Positions 10,510-20,084 of a DNA stretch of 64,000 bases are shown piece by piece. The notes below the pieces were generated by a model. The model ran no database searches, had not been told where the DNA came from, and worked only from the letters and a program-made list of their open reading frames with translations. This stretch comes from an uncultured bacterium. Its GTDB lineage: Bacteria > CSSED10-310 > CAZUFC01. Positions within the stretch are counted from its first letter, which is position 1. Each line of letters begins with the position of its first letter. The stretch spans positions 32,001 through 96,000 of the forward strand of contig CAZUFC010000001.1 in assembly GCA_964619725.1 (NCBI GenBank), written 5' to 3'. The position numbers were made by a program, and so were the translations under genes.

Positions 10510-11106
10510 TTGAAGAATCCCGAAAAAAAATTCACGCACAGAAGAACCTATTTCGTCATGAAATCGTTCCAGGCCAGATTTATATTAGTATCCGCTCTGC
10601 TGATCATTGCAGGACTCGCCGCCGCAGCCTGGTATACTGCATACGAAGTCCGGGATGCCCTGGAAAACGCGCTTTATCGCTCGCACATTACTCAGGAATC
10701 CACCGGACAATTCATATTGCCCATCCTGCTTAGGGTTAACATACTCGCCGCGGCAGCTTTCCTGGCTCTCGCCCTCATCATCTTTACCGCTTTGAAAAGA
10801 CGCTATAACTCGTATTTCGAGCGTTTAACGCGAAAAATGAACTTCCTCCCAGACCAGGAGGATACGGTTCTTCCGGCAGTAAATTCACCTTTTTCAGACA
10901 TTGAAAAGAATCTGGAGCAATTCAAAAAAGATGTGGAGCAAAATCAAAGGGAATGCCGCAGCATGATGAAACAAGGACAGGATTTACTCCAGGATATACG
11001 ATCATTAAGGTCCCGTAATGACAAAAGAGAAGTTTTGATCTTAAAAGAAAAATTGGACGCCTATCGTTCCAATATGACAAAAATTTCAACTCGTTATTCA
11101 ATTTAA
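10510..11106 (+). CDS. Small 2-TM membrane protein with coiled-coil tail
   Basis: AAGGAG RBS and TTG start; RRTYFVMKSFQARF followed by two TM helices. Confidence 0.75.
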   Translation: MKNPEKKFTHRRTYFVMKSFQARFILVSALLIIAGLAAAAWYTAYEVRDALENALYRSHITQESTGQFILPILLRVNILAAAAFLALALIIFTALKRRYNSYFERLTRKMNFLPDQEDTVLPAVNSPFSDIEKNLEQFKKDVEQNQRECRSMMKQGQDLLQDIRSLRSRNDKREVLILKEKLDAYRSNMTKISTRYSI

Positions 11107-11108
11107 GC

Positions 11109-12212
11109 ATGAGTGTTCCAGAATCCAGCGAAATGAAGCCGGGCTGCGGACCTGAAAGGAAACAACGCCGATTCAGCAGCCGCCTGATTCAGCGAGGCGG
11201 TTTATGCCTGGGCGTGTTGTTCGCATTTTTCCTGCAGTCGATGCTCTGCTGGACCTGTATTTTGAAAAAGCCTCCTTCGGCAGATCAAATCATCCGCTGG
11301 CCTGATGCGGGGAAGGAGCGAATCAGGTTTTTGAAGACGGTATCGAGTCCGAAGGAAATGGGAGTGGGAATCGGATTAATGAAACAGGCGGTTTCTGTTT
11401 TCAGCGGGAGGAAAGCGACCCGGATAATGCATCCTGTGGGAGGGAGTTCGTATAAAAGCGACGTGGTGGTCGTTTTGGACTCTTATCAAAAGGGCATACA
11501 CCGTTTTGACCTTCGAGAAGGCAGATATAAGTTCATCGAGGGTATCGGGAATGTGAGACTGCAATCCCCGGTTGATGCAGCTTTTTCGAAAGACGGCCGC
11601 CTTTTCGTAACCGATTCGAAAGCAGGCCGGATATTCCGATTCAAAGCCGACGGGAAAGGGGATGCCGTTTTAAAGAGTGACCCTCCTTTGCAAAGACCAA
11701 CGGGCATATGCTACCATGCTGCTGATAATATGATTCTGGTCTCGGAAACCGTCGCCCACAGAGTAGCGAAACTGTCACTTGATGGAAAGCGGCTGGGTTT
11801 CATAGGCCGGAGGGGAACGGGAGAAGGTTGTTTCAATTTTCCGGTACACCTTGCCGTCGACCGGCAGGGAATGCTTTACGTATGCGATGCCATGAACTTC
11901 AGGATTCAGAAATTCAAAGAGGGGAAATATGCGGGAGAGTTCGGAACATTAGGCGACGGGTACGGCAGTTTTTCGAAACCAAAAGGTATCGCCGTTGATT
12001 CCAAAGGTCATATTTATGTCGCTGACTCATTTTTAGAAGCAGTGCAGATATTTTCGCCGGAAGGCGACCTGCTTCTTGTAATAGGACGGCCGGGACATGA
12101 AGCGGGAGAATTCTGGCTTATTTTGGGACTATGGATAGATGAACGGGACAGATTGTACGTCGCCGATTCTTATAACCAGAGACTTCAGATTTTTCGGTAC
12201 GTTGGAGGATAA
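11109..12212 (+). CDS. NHL-repeat beta-propeller protein
   Basis: NHL repeats (FSKPKGIAVDSKGHIYVADS); paralogue of 5989..7059; start uncertain. Confidence 0.88.
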   Translation: MSVPESSEMKPGCGPERKQRRFSSRLIQRGGLCLGVLFAFFLQSMLCWTCILKKPPSADQIIRWPDAGKERIRFLKTVSSPKEMGVGIGLMKQAVSVFSGRKATRIMHPVGGSSYKSDVVVVLDSYQKGIHRFDLREGRYKFIEGIGNVRLQSPVDAAFSKDGRLFVTDSKAGRIFRFKADGKGDAVLKSDPPLQRPTGICYHAADNMILVSETVAHRVAKLSLDGKRLGFIGRRGTGEGCFNFPVHLAVDRQGMLYVCDAMNFRIQKFKEGKYAGEFGTLGDGYGSFSKPKGIAVDSKGHIYVADSFLEAVQIFSPEGDLLLVIGRPGHEAGEFWLILGLWIDERDRLYVADSYNQRLQIFRYVGG

Positions 12213-12214
12213 TC

Positions 12215-13981
12215 ATGATCCAGGGCAAGGGCAGGAACTTATACGGCAGCCAAACCGCATTGATTGCCTGCGGCCTGTTGTTTTGCGCTCTCTCCGTCCG
12301 TGCAACGATAAAAATGGTCGACAGCCCCCATAACCTCTCTTCATCAGGCCCCGGACCGACCAGATTCCTGGACCGTGACGAAGTATGCGTCTTCTGCCAT
12401 ACGCCTCATGTTTCTGGTTCCGAAAAACCTCTCTGGAACGAAAAAATGCAATCCAGGCATCACAAGAAGCACGGTTCTCCGAACGTTCATTCCAGCCTTA
12501 GAGTCCCTACGGGAAAATCGAAGTTATGCCTGAGCTGTCACGACGGCACGGTAGCCCTGGGGACGGCGGGAGCATCGAACCAGCAGTCTTTGCAGAACCG
12601 GGACATGAATAAAGGTCAAAGAACGGATTTGGGAGTCGATCTGTCGAACGATCACCCCGTTTCCGTTCCATATCGTTCTCTTTCCTCATCATCGACCGCC
12701 TTGTCCTTACTCCCGTTAAGCGCCGCCGACCCCGTCAAACTCGATGAAACCGGCTGCATCCAGTGCACATCATGTCACGATCCTCATGACAACCAATACG
12801 GCGACTTCCTGGTTATGGATAACCATAAAAGCTCACTCTGCCTGCAATGTCACAACATACCCCATTGGGCGGGAAACGCACATCATACCTCCTCCGCCCG
12901 ATGGAACGGCCTTCCGCCCGATCCCTGGCCGGAATCCCGGAAAAAGAGGGTTTCAGATAACGGCTGCCTTAATTGTCATGATATTCACGGCGCAGCAGGA
13001 AAAAATGGACTGCTTAAAAATGCTGACGAAAATGAAGTCTGCCTCTCCTGCCACAATGCCAACGTCGCTGAATCCGACATCAAAAGCCGATTCGAAAAAT
13101 TCTCCAGGCACCCCCTGGCTGACTCAATGCGACAAACCGTCAGCCGGAAATGGAACGCTGCCCTTCCCAGGTACGTCCGATGCAGCGATTGCCATGACCC
13201 TCATAACGTCACTACCGCCCCGTCCGGAAATGTCATCGGTAAAATAAACGCCTCTCCTGACGATGCCTTACTGTCGCTTCCTCTTTCAACCGCGACAAAA
13301 AATGCTGAATACCGGTTATGCAGCCGATGCCACGGCGAACCCTCCGAAATGAGAAAACCCTATATCCCCCGACAAATCATTCAAACTAACGTCCAACGAG
13401 AATTCGATACGGATAATCCTTCCTACCACCCCATTGAAGCAGCCGGAAAAAATCCGGACGTCCCCAGCCTTATCCCGCCGTTAAATGAAAAAAGCCGGAT
13501 ATCCTGCACCGGTTGCCACGCTGATGACGACTCATCTCCCAACGCCTCCGGTCGATCAGGACCGCATGGCTCACGATACGCTCCGCTACTTCAAAAAAAA
13601 TACGAAACAATGGACTTCGCCATAGAATCCTCTGATTCATACGCCCTCTGCTATAAATGCCATGACAGAAATATCCTCCTCTCCGATCTCTCAGCCTTCC
13701 CCCTTCATCGCCTCCACGTCGTTGATTCCAAAACGCCCTGCGCAGCCTGTCATGACCCGCACGGCATAAGCGCCGAACAGGGAAATTCCCTCAATAACTC
13801 CAGGCTCATTAACTTCAATCTCCGCATCGCCTTCCCACACGCAAACGGACAATTGCGGTTTCTCTCCCACAGACCCCGGTCCGGAAACTGTACGCTCTTC
13901 TGCCACGGAAAAACTCACACAAGCTCTTCATACGGCGCAGGAACCAAAATTATAAATCGCCATATTCAACGGCCGAAATAA
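12215..13981 (+). CDS. Multiheme cytochrome c (11 CxxCH + CX3CH) with an OmcE-like N-terminal module
   Basis: HNLS..VCVFCHTPH..PLWN..SKLCLSCHDG..LGVDLSNDHPVS..CTSCHDPHDN..SLCLQCH, then 7 more CxxCH and CTLFCH. Confidence 0.9.
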   Translation: MIQGKGRNLYGSQTALIACGLLFCALSVRATIKMVDSPHNLSSSGPGPTRFLDRDEVCVFCHTPHVSGSEKPLWNEKMQSRHHKKHGSPNVHSSLRVPTGKSKLCLSCHDGTVALGTAGASNQQSLQNRDMNKGQRTDLGVDLSNDHPVSVPYRSLSSSSTALSLLPLSAADPVKLDETGCIQCTSCHDPHDNQYGDFLVMDNHKSSLCLQCHNIPHWAGNAHHTSSARWNGLPPDPWPESRKKRVSDNGCLNCHDIHGAAGKNGLLKNADENEVCLSCHNANVAESDIKSRFEKFSRHPLADSMRQTVSRKWNAALPRYVRCSDCHDPHNVTTAPSGNVIGKINASPDDALLSLPLSTATKNAEYRLCSRCHGEPSEMRKPYIPRQIIQTNVQREFDTDNPSYHPIEAAGKNPDVPSLIPPLNEKSRISCTGCHADDDSSPNASGRSGPHGSRYAPLLQKKYETMDFAIESSDSYALCYKCHDRNILLSDLSAFPLHRLHVVDSKTPCAACHDPHGISAEQGNSLNNSRLINFNLRIAFPHANGQLRFLSHRPRSGNCTLFCHGKTHTSSSYGAGTKIINRHIQRPK

Positions 13982-14131
13982 GCGTCCAGATTCCCGCAGA
14001 TTAGAGCAAGGAGTACCGGAGGATTGCGGAAGCATACCGGCGCCATGTTGAGCAAGCCCGCAGGGAGCAGCGCTTGATGGTAAGGTGATATGGACGTTCG
14101 TTACAGGGTTTGTATGAAAAATCCGGGTTGA
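13982..14131. repeat. Degenerate palindromic intergenic element (MITE-like)
   Basis: CGTCCA...TGGACG arms. The core GCAAGGA..GGATTGCG..TGAGCAAGCCCG loosely resembles the reverse complement of 35310-35390. Confidence 0.35.
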
Positions 14132-14364
14132 AACCGTATTGTAATGAAAGTTGTCTCATTATAGTTTTGAAACACACCGGCGGGGCTGCTTTCTTCTAAC
14201 TTCCAGTCTTTGCAGTAATTTCCTGTTCAAATGGCGATGAACGGTCCGCTGCGGGTTATTTCAGGAAAAAAGAGGATCGAAATATGTGAATTTTTATTTC
14301 GGCATGAATGAAACCTTGGGAACAGGATGATAGAGGATAGCGTCTCTGTTCGGACATGAGTGAC

Positions 14365-14380
14365 GGGCAGGAAAATTGCA
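14365..14380 (+). promoter_or_regulatory. Putative sigma54 promoter of the omcE-like gene
   Basis: GGGCAGGAAAATTGCA, with GG(14366-67)-N10-GC(14378-79). Shares GAAAATTGCA with the 5934 site. Confidence 0.65.
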
Positions 14381-14443
14381 TATTTTATTCTGATGAGAAC
14401 TTTTTTTGAAATGATACATTTTAATGGAGGAAATAGGAGGATT

Positions 14444-15073
14444 ATGAAAAAAGTATTATTTACAATGGGAGTTGCGGCAGTAGTGACGGCAATAATGAGT
14501 CTGGGAACGACGAGTTTTGCGGGCATAGTTGGTTCAGCGCATGATTTTTCTGCTGAAGCGTGGTCCGGCGGCAGGATTTGCATTGTTTGTCATACGCCTC
14601 ATAATGCAGACACGAGCATATCGGAAGCGCCCTTGTGGAATCATGAATTAACGACAGCGACCTTTACGCTGTATTCCAGTCCGACGTTGGATGCGACGCT
14701 CGGACAGCCCGGCGGAGCGTCGAAGCTTTGTTTAAGTTGTCATGACGGGACGGTAGCGATAGACAGTTTCGGAGGAGCGACGGGTACCGAGTTCATAACG
14801 GGTGCGGCTCTGTTAGGAACTGATTTAGCGAACGACCATCCGATTTCATTCACTTATGATACGGCGTTAGCGACGCAGGACGGCGAATTGTTCGATCCGG
14901 CGACCGCTCCCAGCGGATTGGGCGGAACGATTGACGATGATATGCTTTTTGAGGACATGATGCAGTGCGCATCCTGTCACGACGTCCACAACACGGTGAG
15001 TGAGGGCAACCAGAAGTTGCTGGTGATAGACAATACGGGCAGTCTTTTGTGCCTGACATGCCATGACAAGTAG
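14444..15073 (+). CDS. omcE: OmcE-like tetraheme cytochrome c (candidate nanowire subunit)
   Basis: Start moved to ATG 14444 after AGGAGG; signal ends SFA. Motif order HDFS, ICIVCHTPHNA, PLWN, FTLYSS, LCLSCHDG, LGTDLANDHPI, CASCHDVHN, SLLCLTCHDK matches what I recall of Geobacter OmcE. Confidence 0.8.
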   Translation: MKKVLFTMGVAAVVTAIMSLGTTSFAGIVGSAHDFSAEAWSGGRICIVCHTPHNADTSISEAPLWNHELTTATFTLYSSPTLDATLGQPGGASKLCLSCHDGTVAIDSFGGATGTEFITGAALLGTDLANDHPISFTYDTALATQDGELFDPATAPSGLGGTIDDDMLFEDMMQCASCHDVHNTVSEGNQKLLVIDNTGSLLCLTCHDK

Positions 15074-15121
15074 AACAAGGAACGCTATTCTTTTCTAACG
15101 AATAACAAGAGCTCAGCTAAC

Positions 15122-15166
15122 ATCAAACGGCATTTTCCGCAAGGGAAGATGCCGTTTGATTTTTTT
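15122..15166 (+). terminator. Intrinsic terminator after the omcE-like gene
   Basis: ATCAAACGGCATTTTCC-GCAA-GGGAAGATGCCGTTTGAT hairpin followed by a T-run. Confidence 0.85.
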
Positions 15167-15179
15167 GTTCTTCGTTTTT

Positions 15180-17039
15180 TTATTTTTTCAAATAGCGATA
15201 GAGAGTAGCTCTTCCGATTTTCAGGAGCGCCGCCGCTTTTACTTTATTGCCGCCGGTTTGCTTGAGCGCATCGAGGACGATTTCACGGGAGAGTTTTTTA
15301 GGTCGTCCTGCTTTGGGTTGTTTTTCTTTTTCTGAGGATTTCTTTGATATGTAGTGGGGCAGGTGGCAGGATTCCAGTGTAATGCTTTTGCATTTGATGG
15401 CGGCATATTGAAGTGCATTTTGCAGTTGCCTGATGTTTCCCGGCCAGGAGAAGTCGCGTAAAGCTGACAGAAAATCGGGCGAGCAGGTTATTTTGCGTCC
15501 GAATTCAGTAGCCAGTCCCTGGAGGAAAAAGTCCACCAGGAGATCGATGTCATCGAGGCGTTCGCGCAAAGGCGGAAGAGTAATCGGGAATCCGCACACC
15601 CGGTAATAGAGGTCTTCACGGAATTTACGTTTTCTCATCAGTTCTTCCAGGTTTCTATTGGTGGCGCTTATGACGCGGACATCAACCTTTTTAGTCTGTT
15701 CGCTTCCGACGCTCGAAAAGACGCCGCTTTGGAGGACCCGAAGGATTTTCACCTGCATGAAAAGACTCAGTTCACCGATTTCATCCAGGAAAATTGTTCC
15801 TCCGTCAGCCAGTTCGAACCTCCCTTTTTTATCCCTGACTGCGCCGGTAAAAGCGCCTTTGACGTGTCCGAACAGCTCGCTTTCCAGAAGTCCTTCGGGA
15901 ATGGCGCCGCAGTTGATAACTACAAAAGTTTTTTTTCTTCTTTTGCTGATCTTGTGGATGGCTTCCGCCACCAGCTCCTTGCCGGTACCGCTTTCGCCCT
16001 GGATAAGAACGGAGACGTCGGTAGGACCTACATCCTTTATGTTCTCGAATATCTCACGGATAAGCGAAGATTTTCCCACCACTCCCATGAAGTGATTTTT
16101 GGGATTATATCTTGTTTTTTTCTTTTCGCTGCGCTCAAAATCCCGGATGGAAACAACAGCGCCGATAACCTTCTCATTACAGTTCCTTATCGGCATGATT
16201 GAGATTTCGGCCGGACGTCTTTTTCCGTTTCTTAACTCTATCTGACGAAAATACCGGAACGCGTCGAATGAATTGCTTGCAGCTTCATAAAAAGGGCATT
16301 CGGAACCGCACAACGACCTGGGAAAAACTTTACGGCATTCCTTTCCCAGCACTTCTTCCCTCGAATACCCGAAAATAAGCTCTGCAGAACGGTTGAAATA
16401 AGTTATGCGCCCATGCTGATCGTGAATGACCATGGCTGAATCCGCATTTTCAAGATAGGACAGCCATTTAATCCGGTTTGACTTCAGTACGTTTATATTG
16501 CCCTTCATCAGGAGGTCCTTTATTTTAACCTCCAATCGGCGCCTCATATCCTCATATCGTTCGTCAGCAAATTCTTCATTACCTTCCCGCTCTCTATCAT
16601 AGGAAAAATCAGACCAGTGAATTATTGAAGGATTCCCCGGAAGAGCCTGCCATGGTTCAATGATACATTCTTCAAATGTTACGATGACGTCGCTGTTGAT
16701 GATTTTATTGATGGTGACGAATTGTGAAGACGCTTCGGCAATATTGAATCCTTTTTTTTTCAATGCTTTTAACACGCCCTCGTTCGGTTTTTCACTGTCC
16801 GTCACCGCGCATTCCACCCGGAAATCTCCCGGTAATTCTTGCTCGGCTATTGATTTGGATATCAGGCTTAATCCGTTCCGCCCCGACGATATGAACAAAA
16901 TATTCATCATCTTTTTCCGTAATTTATCACCTGGCTTATTCTGAAGATTATTATCGTCTGAAATCACGGAATTCTTTTCATTCCGCTGCCAGTCATCATT
17001 TTTAAAGCGCTGCCCAGAATCAGAAGATTCTATTCTCAT
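15180..17039 (-). CDS. Sigma54-dependent enhancer-binding protein (ArsC/LMW-PTP-like + PAS + AAA+ + Fis HTH)
   Basis: GESGTGKE, ESELFGHVKGAFTGA, FLDEIGE, WPGNIRQL and a C-terminal HTH; PAS (FNRSAELIFGYSREEVLGK). True start is probably ATG 16910. Confidence 0.93.
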   Translation of the reverse strand: MRIESSDSGQRFKNDDWQRNEKNSVISDDNNLQNKPGDKLRKKMMNILFISSGRNGLSLISKSIAEQELPGDFRVECAVTDSEKPNEGVLKALKKKGFNIAEASSQFVTINKIINSDVIVTFEECIIEPWQALPGNPSIIHWSDFSYDREREGNEEFADERYEDMRRRLEVKIKDLLMKGNINVLKSNRIKWLSYLENADSAMVIHDQHGRITYFNRSAELIFGYSREEVLGKECRKVFPRSLCGSECPFYEAASNSFDAFRYFRQIELRNGKRRPAEISIMPIRNCNEKVIGAVVSIRDFERSEKKKTRYNPKNHFMGVVGKSSLIREIFENIKDVGPTDVSVLIQGESGTGKELVAEAIHKISKRRKKTFVVINCGAIPEGLLESELFGHVKGAFTGAVRDKKGRFELADGGTIFLDEIGELSLFMQVKILRVLQSGVFSSVGSEQTKKVDVRVISATNRNLEELMRKRKFREDLYYRVCGFPITLPPLRERLDDIDLLVDFFLQGLATEFGRKITCSPDFLSALRDFSWPGNIRQLQNALQYAAIKCKSITLESCHLPHYISKKSSEKEKQPKAGRPKKLSREIVLDALKQTGGNKVKAAALLKIGRATLYRYLKK

Positions 17040-17176
17040 ATAAAAGAATTGTTGTATAAAGTCAAGAGACCATCAGTTTCTCTTTTCCTGAGACGGAGAG
17101 AGAGATGCTTTTGCTGAGACGAGACGGACGGGGCAGTTCAACGCGGGCTTTGGGGGATTGTTTTACTTTTGATTTC

Positions 17177-17204
17177 TTGACTTTTGTGCGCCGATTATTA
17201 TGAT
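17177..17204 (+). promoter_or_regulatory. Putative sigma70 promoter
   Basis: TTGACT-N16-TATGAT upstream of the 17383 gene. Confidence 0.45.
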
Positions 17205-17382
17205 TAAATTCAGATACTTCCGACTGGATAAGAATGGGTCAGCGAAGTCTCCATACATAATTGCCAGTGATCCGTAAATCCAGACAAGGGTTAACATCCG
17301 TCGCTTCTGCATTCTCATTTACAGACCGGCCATTTTTATCAGTCGAAAAGCGTCAAAGAAAAGAAAACGACAGGAGGAAATA

Positions 17383-19998
17383 ATGAGGGAAAAAAAGAAG
17401 GTATTTTTGTATTCATCGATACTGGTCATCATATTGGTTCTATATTCGGGTGAGCGTCAAACAACGTATCAGGAATCATTTTTGGATTCTGAACGGCGCT
17501 TGAGCAATCCCGAATATGACGATTTATTCAATCTTGACGACAGTAAGCAAAAGACTTTTTTTCATCATGTGGAGGATTGCACGGTTTGTCATTGTTTAAC
17601 ATCGCCTAATCTGGCGAATGTATGTGAAGTTATTTCGACTCCGAACGGAGGTGACAGGGAAGTCGTTTTCGTCTCTCGTACAGGAACCAACTCATTTGCT
17701 GACGGCGATGCCGTTTATGACGGGGTATGCGAGGTGTGTCATACGCAGACGAATTACCACCGCCATAATGGCGAGAACCCGGACCCTGATCCTCATTATG
17801 CGGGAGAAGATTGCATAGAGTGTCATGCTCACGAAAACGAATTCAGTCATGGCGGAGGTGAGGATTGCATAGCGTGTCACGGGCATGATGCGGGTTATGA
17901 GTATGCGCCGGGCGAAGTCAGTTCAGGAGCTGGGACATATTACAGTCATTCGACGCACACGGAGGATGATGCGGACGACAGGAAGGGCCCGTACTTAAGT
18001 TGCGCTGCCTGTCACGACACGGAGAATTTTCCATATTTCAAGTCAGGGTTGGGCGATCCGCCGTACAGTCTTGCAGCGACGGATGTGTGCGATGCCTGTC
18101 ACAGTCCCGGCGGCAGTTATGACGGATTGGACGATCCTGTGACGGGAGCTCGGTACAACTGGATTGACGGAGCTTATATAAAATCGAAAAACTTACGCCC
18201 CGGAATGGAAAAGTGGTGTGCGGGGTGTCACGATGAGGAGCCGGCCAACTGTAAAATGGAACCGTCGGGGGCCTGGGCGCCGTCGGTCATAGGCGATGAA
18301 ACGGCTGCGACGGATTACGGTATCGGATACGGGTATTATATGACCGGGCATGGACTTCCGGCTGATGAAGTCTATCCAGCGACGGAATCTTCCGGCGCGG
18401 GGCTGGAGTGCCTGGAATGTCATGATCCTGAAGTAAAACATATTGACTGTGCGCGCCGGACCTATGTTCCCGACAGCGATTACCTGACATATGATCCGGA
18501 AAGCGAGAGTTATATGAACGGATTCCGGTTGAGGGCAGTTGATTCGGGATATGACGGAATTTACCCCATGCATATTCCCCGTACCGGCCATGTTTATCCG
18601 CCGGGATTCAGAGAAAATTGGGAGTTCGCTCTGTGCTTCCGGTGTCATGATCGTAATACGTTGTTTGACGGAGGCGACTCCGTAACGGGGGCCGGCGGAG
18701 GAACGAATTTCCGCGCCGTCAGTGACGGCACGCCCGGTTACGGAGGGAATCCGAAGCCCACGGAAGGGGCATGGTACAGCATGCACGACGTCCATACCTG
18801 GGGAGCCAATGGACCGATAGAAGCAGAAACGCCTCAGTACGATTCCGATTTTGACGGCACGGCGGATTCGCGGTTGAGTTGTCCGGCCTGCCATAACGTC
18901 CACGGTTCGTATTCGCCGGCCATGGTGCGGCATGGAGAACTGATCAGTTCTATGGGCACGACGGATAAAGTCCCTTCAATCGAATTTCAGTATACCCCGG
19001 ATGAGACTTACCCTTTGCTCCTGGACAGCACGGGCGGACGAACCCGGTTTATAGGAACAGGCCCCGGAGATGTACTCAAAAACGGCATTTGCAATATGTG
19101 TCACAATGATTCAACTATTTACTCCAGGATAGCGCTCGGCGTTCCCGTTCCCGAAGCATCCGGATTTAACCCTCCGCATACGGCCATAAACGTTTCCGTC
19201 GATTCCGAATTGACGTTTACGCTGTCCCAGGAGGCGGAAGGCATTGACTGGACGACCTTTTCCATAGAGTTGTCCGGCGATCAGGGATATTATCAGGAGT
19301 ATACGGATGAAAACGGTTCGGTCGTTTCCATATCCGGAACGCCTCAATCCTATGACGTAACGGTCGCTCCTTCTGAGGATTTCGCCATGGGAGAAGTCAT
19401 CACCGTTACGATAAACGTCAATGATCTGGCGAATCCTCCGCATCCTTTGATACCGCCCCAATGGGTTTTCACTGCCGTACCGGACGGCCCGGGTACGCTG
19501 ACGTTACATCCGGCCGGCATCGCCGATAATTCGGGAGAATTCGGCACGCTGGGCGGCGACTGGAGCACGGTCATGGACGTTCACGACAGCGACGCATCAT
19601 ACGCGCACAGGTGCTGCGGACCGCCCGTCTATTCATGTCGCCTGGCAATGGATGATCCGATCGGGTTGGACAATTCGACCGTCACCGGCATTACGGTTTT
19701 CGCCTACGCCCGCTATCTTGAAGGCGCCTGGCCCGATGCCGCACCCACGACCGGAAACGTTATGCTCGGCTATAAAACCGGATCGGCCGTAATCTGGACA
19801 AGCGCTATCGGTACCGACGCTTCAGGAGAATACAACCTGATCTTTTCCAATACCTACACTGCCGATTCTGACGGAGGCGAACTCGACGTAAACGATATAA
19901 TAAACCTGGAAATCCCCGTCAAAAGATACATCGGCGGACCGCTGCAACTTAGAATCACGGAACTTTTTGCTGAAATAGAATATTTGCCCCCGGAATGA
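17383..19998 (+). CDS. Large exported multiheme cytochrome c (11 CxxCH) with C-terminal Ig-like/beta domains
   Basis: AGGAGG RBS, N-terminal hydrophobic anchor, 11 CxxCH, and about 290 heme-free residues at the C-terminus. Confidence 0.88.
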   Translation: MREKKKVFLYSSILVIILVLYSGERQTTYQESFLDSERRLSNPEYDDLFNLDDSKQKTFFHHVEDCTVCHCLTSPNLANVCEVISTPNGGDREVVFVSRTGTNSFADGDAVYDGVCEVCHTQTNYHRHNGENPDPDPHYAGEDCIECHAHENEFSHGGGEDCIACHGHDAGYEYAPGEVSSGAGTYYSHSTHTEDDADDRKGPYLSCAACHDTENFPYFKSGLGDPPYSLAATDVCDACHSPGGSYDGLDDPVTGARYNWIDGAYIKSKNLRPGMEKWCAGCHDEEPANCKMEPSGAWAPSVIGDETAATDYGIGYGYYMTGHGLPADEVYPATESSGAGLECLECHDPEVKHIDCARRTYVPDSDYLTYDPESESYMNGFRLRAVDSGYDGIYPMHIPRTGHVYPPGFRENWEFALCFRCHDRNTLFDGGDSVTGAGGGTNFRAVSDGTPGYGGNPKPTEGAWYSMHDVHTWGANGPIEAETPQYDSDFDGTADSRLSCPACHNVHGSYSPAMVRHGELISSMGTTDKVPSIEFQYTPDETYPLLLDSTGGRTRFIGTGPGDVLKNGICNMCHNDSTIYSRIALGVPVPEASGFNPPHTAINVSVDSELTFTLSQEAEGIDWTTFSIELSGDQGYYQEYTDENGSVVSISGTPQSYDVTVAPSEDFAMGEVITVTINVNDLANPPHPLIPPQWVFTAVPDGPGTLTLHPAGIADNSGEFGTLGGDWSTVMDVHDSDASYAHRCCGPPVYSCRLAMDDPIGLDNSTVTGITVFAYARYLEGAWPDAAPTTGNVMLGYKTGSAVIWTSAIGTDASGEYNLIFSNTYTADSDGGELDVNDIINLEIPVKRYIGGPLQLRITELFAEIEYLPPE

Positions 19999-20084
19999 AA
20001 GAACGAATTTCTCTCCAAATACGGCTATTTTCCCCTAACGCTTCGTCAGGTTGCGGATTCGTTCAGTCAACGTATAAGAAATCC

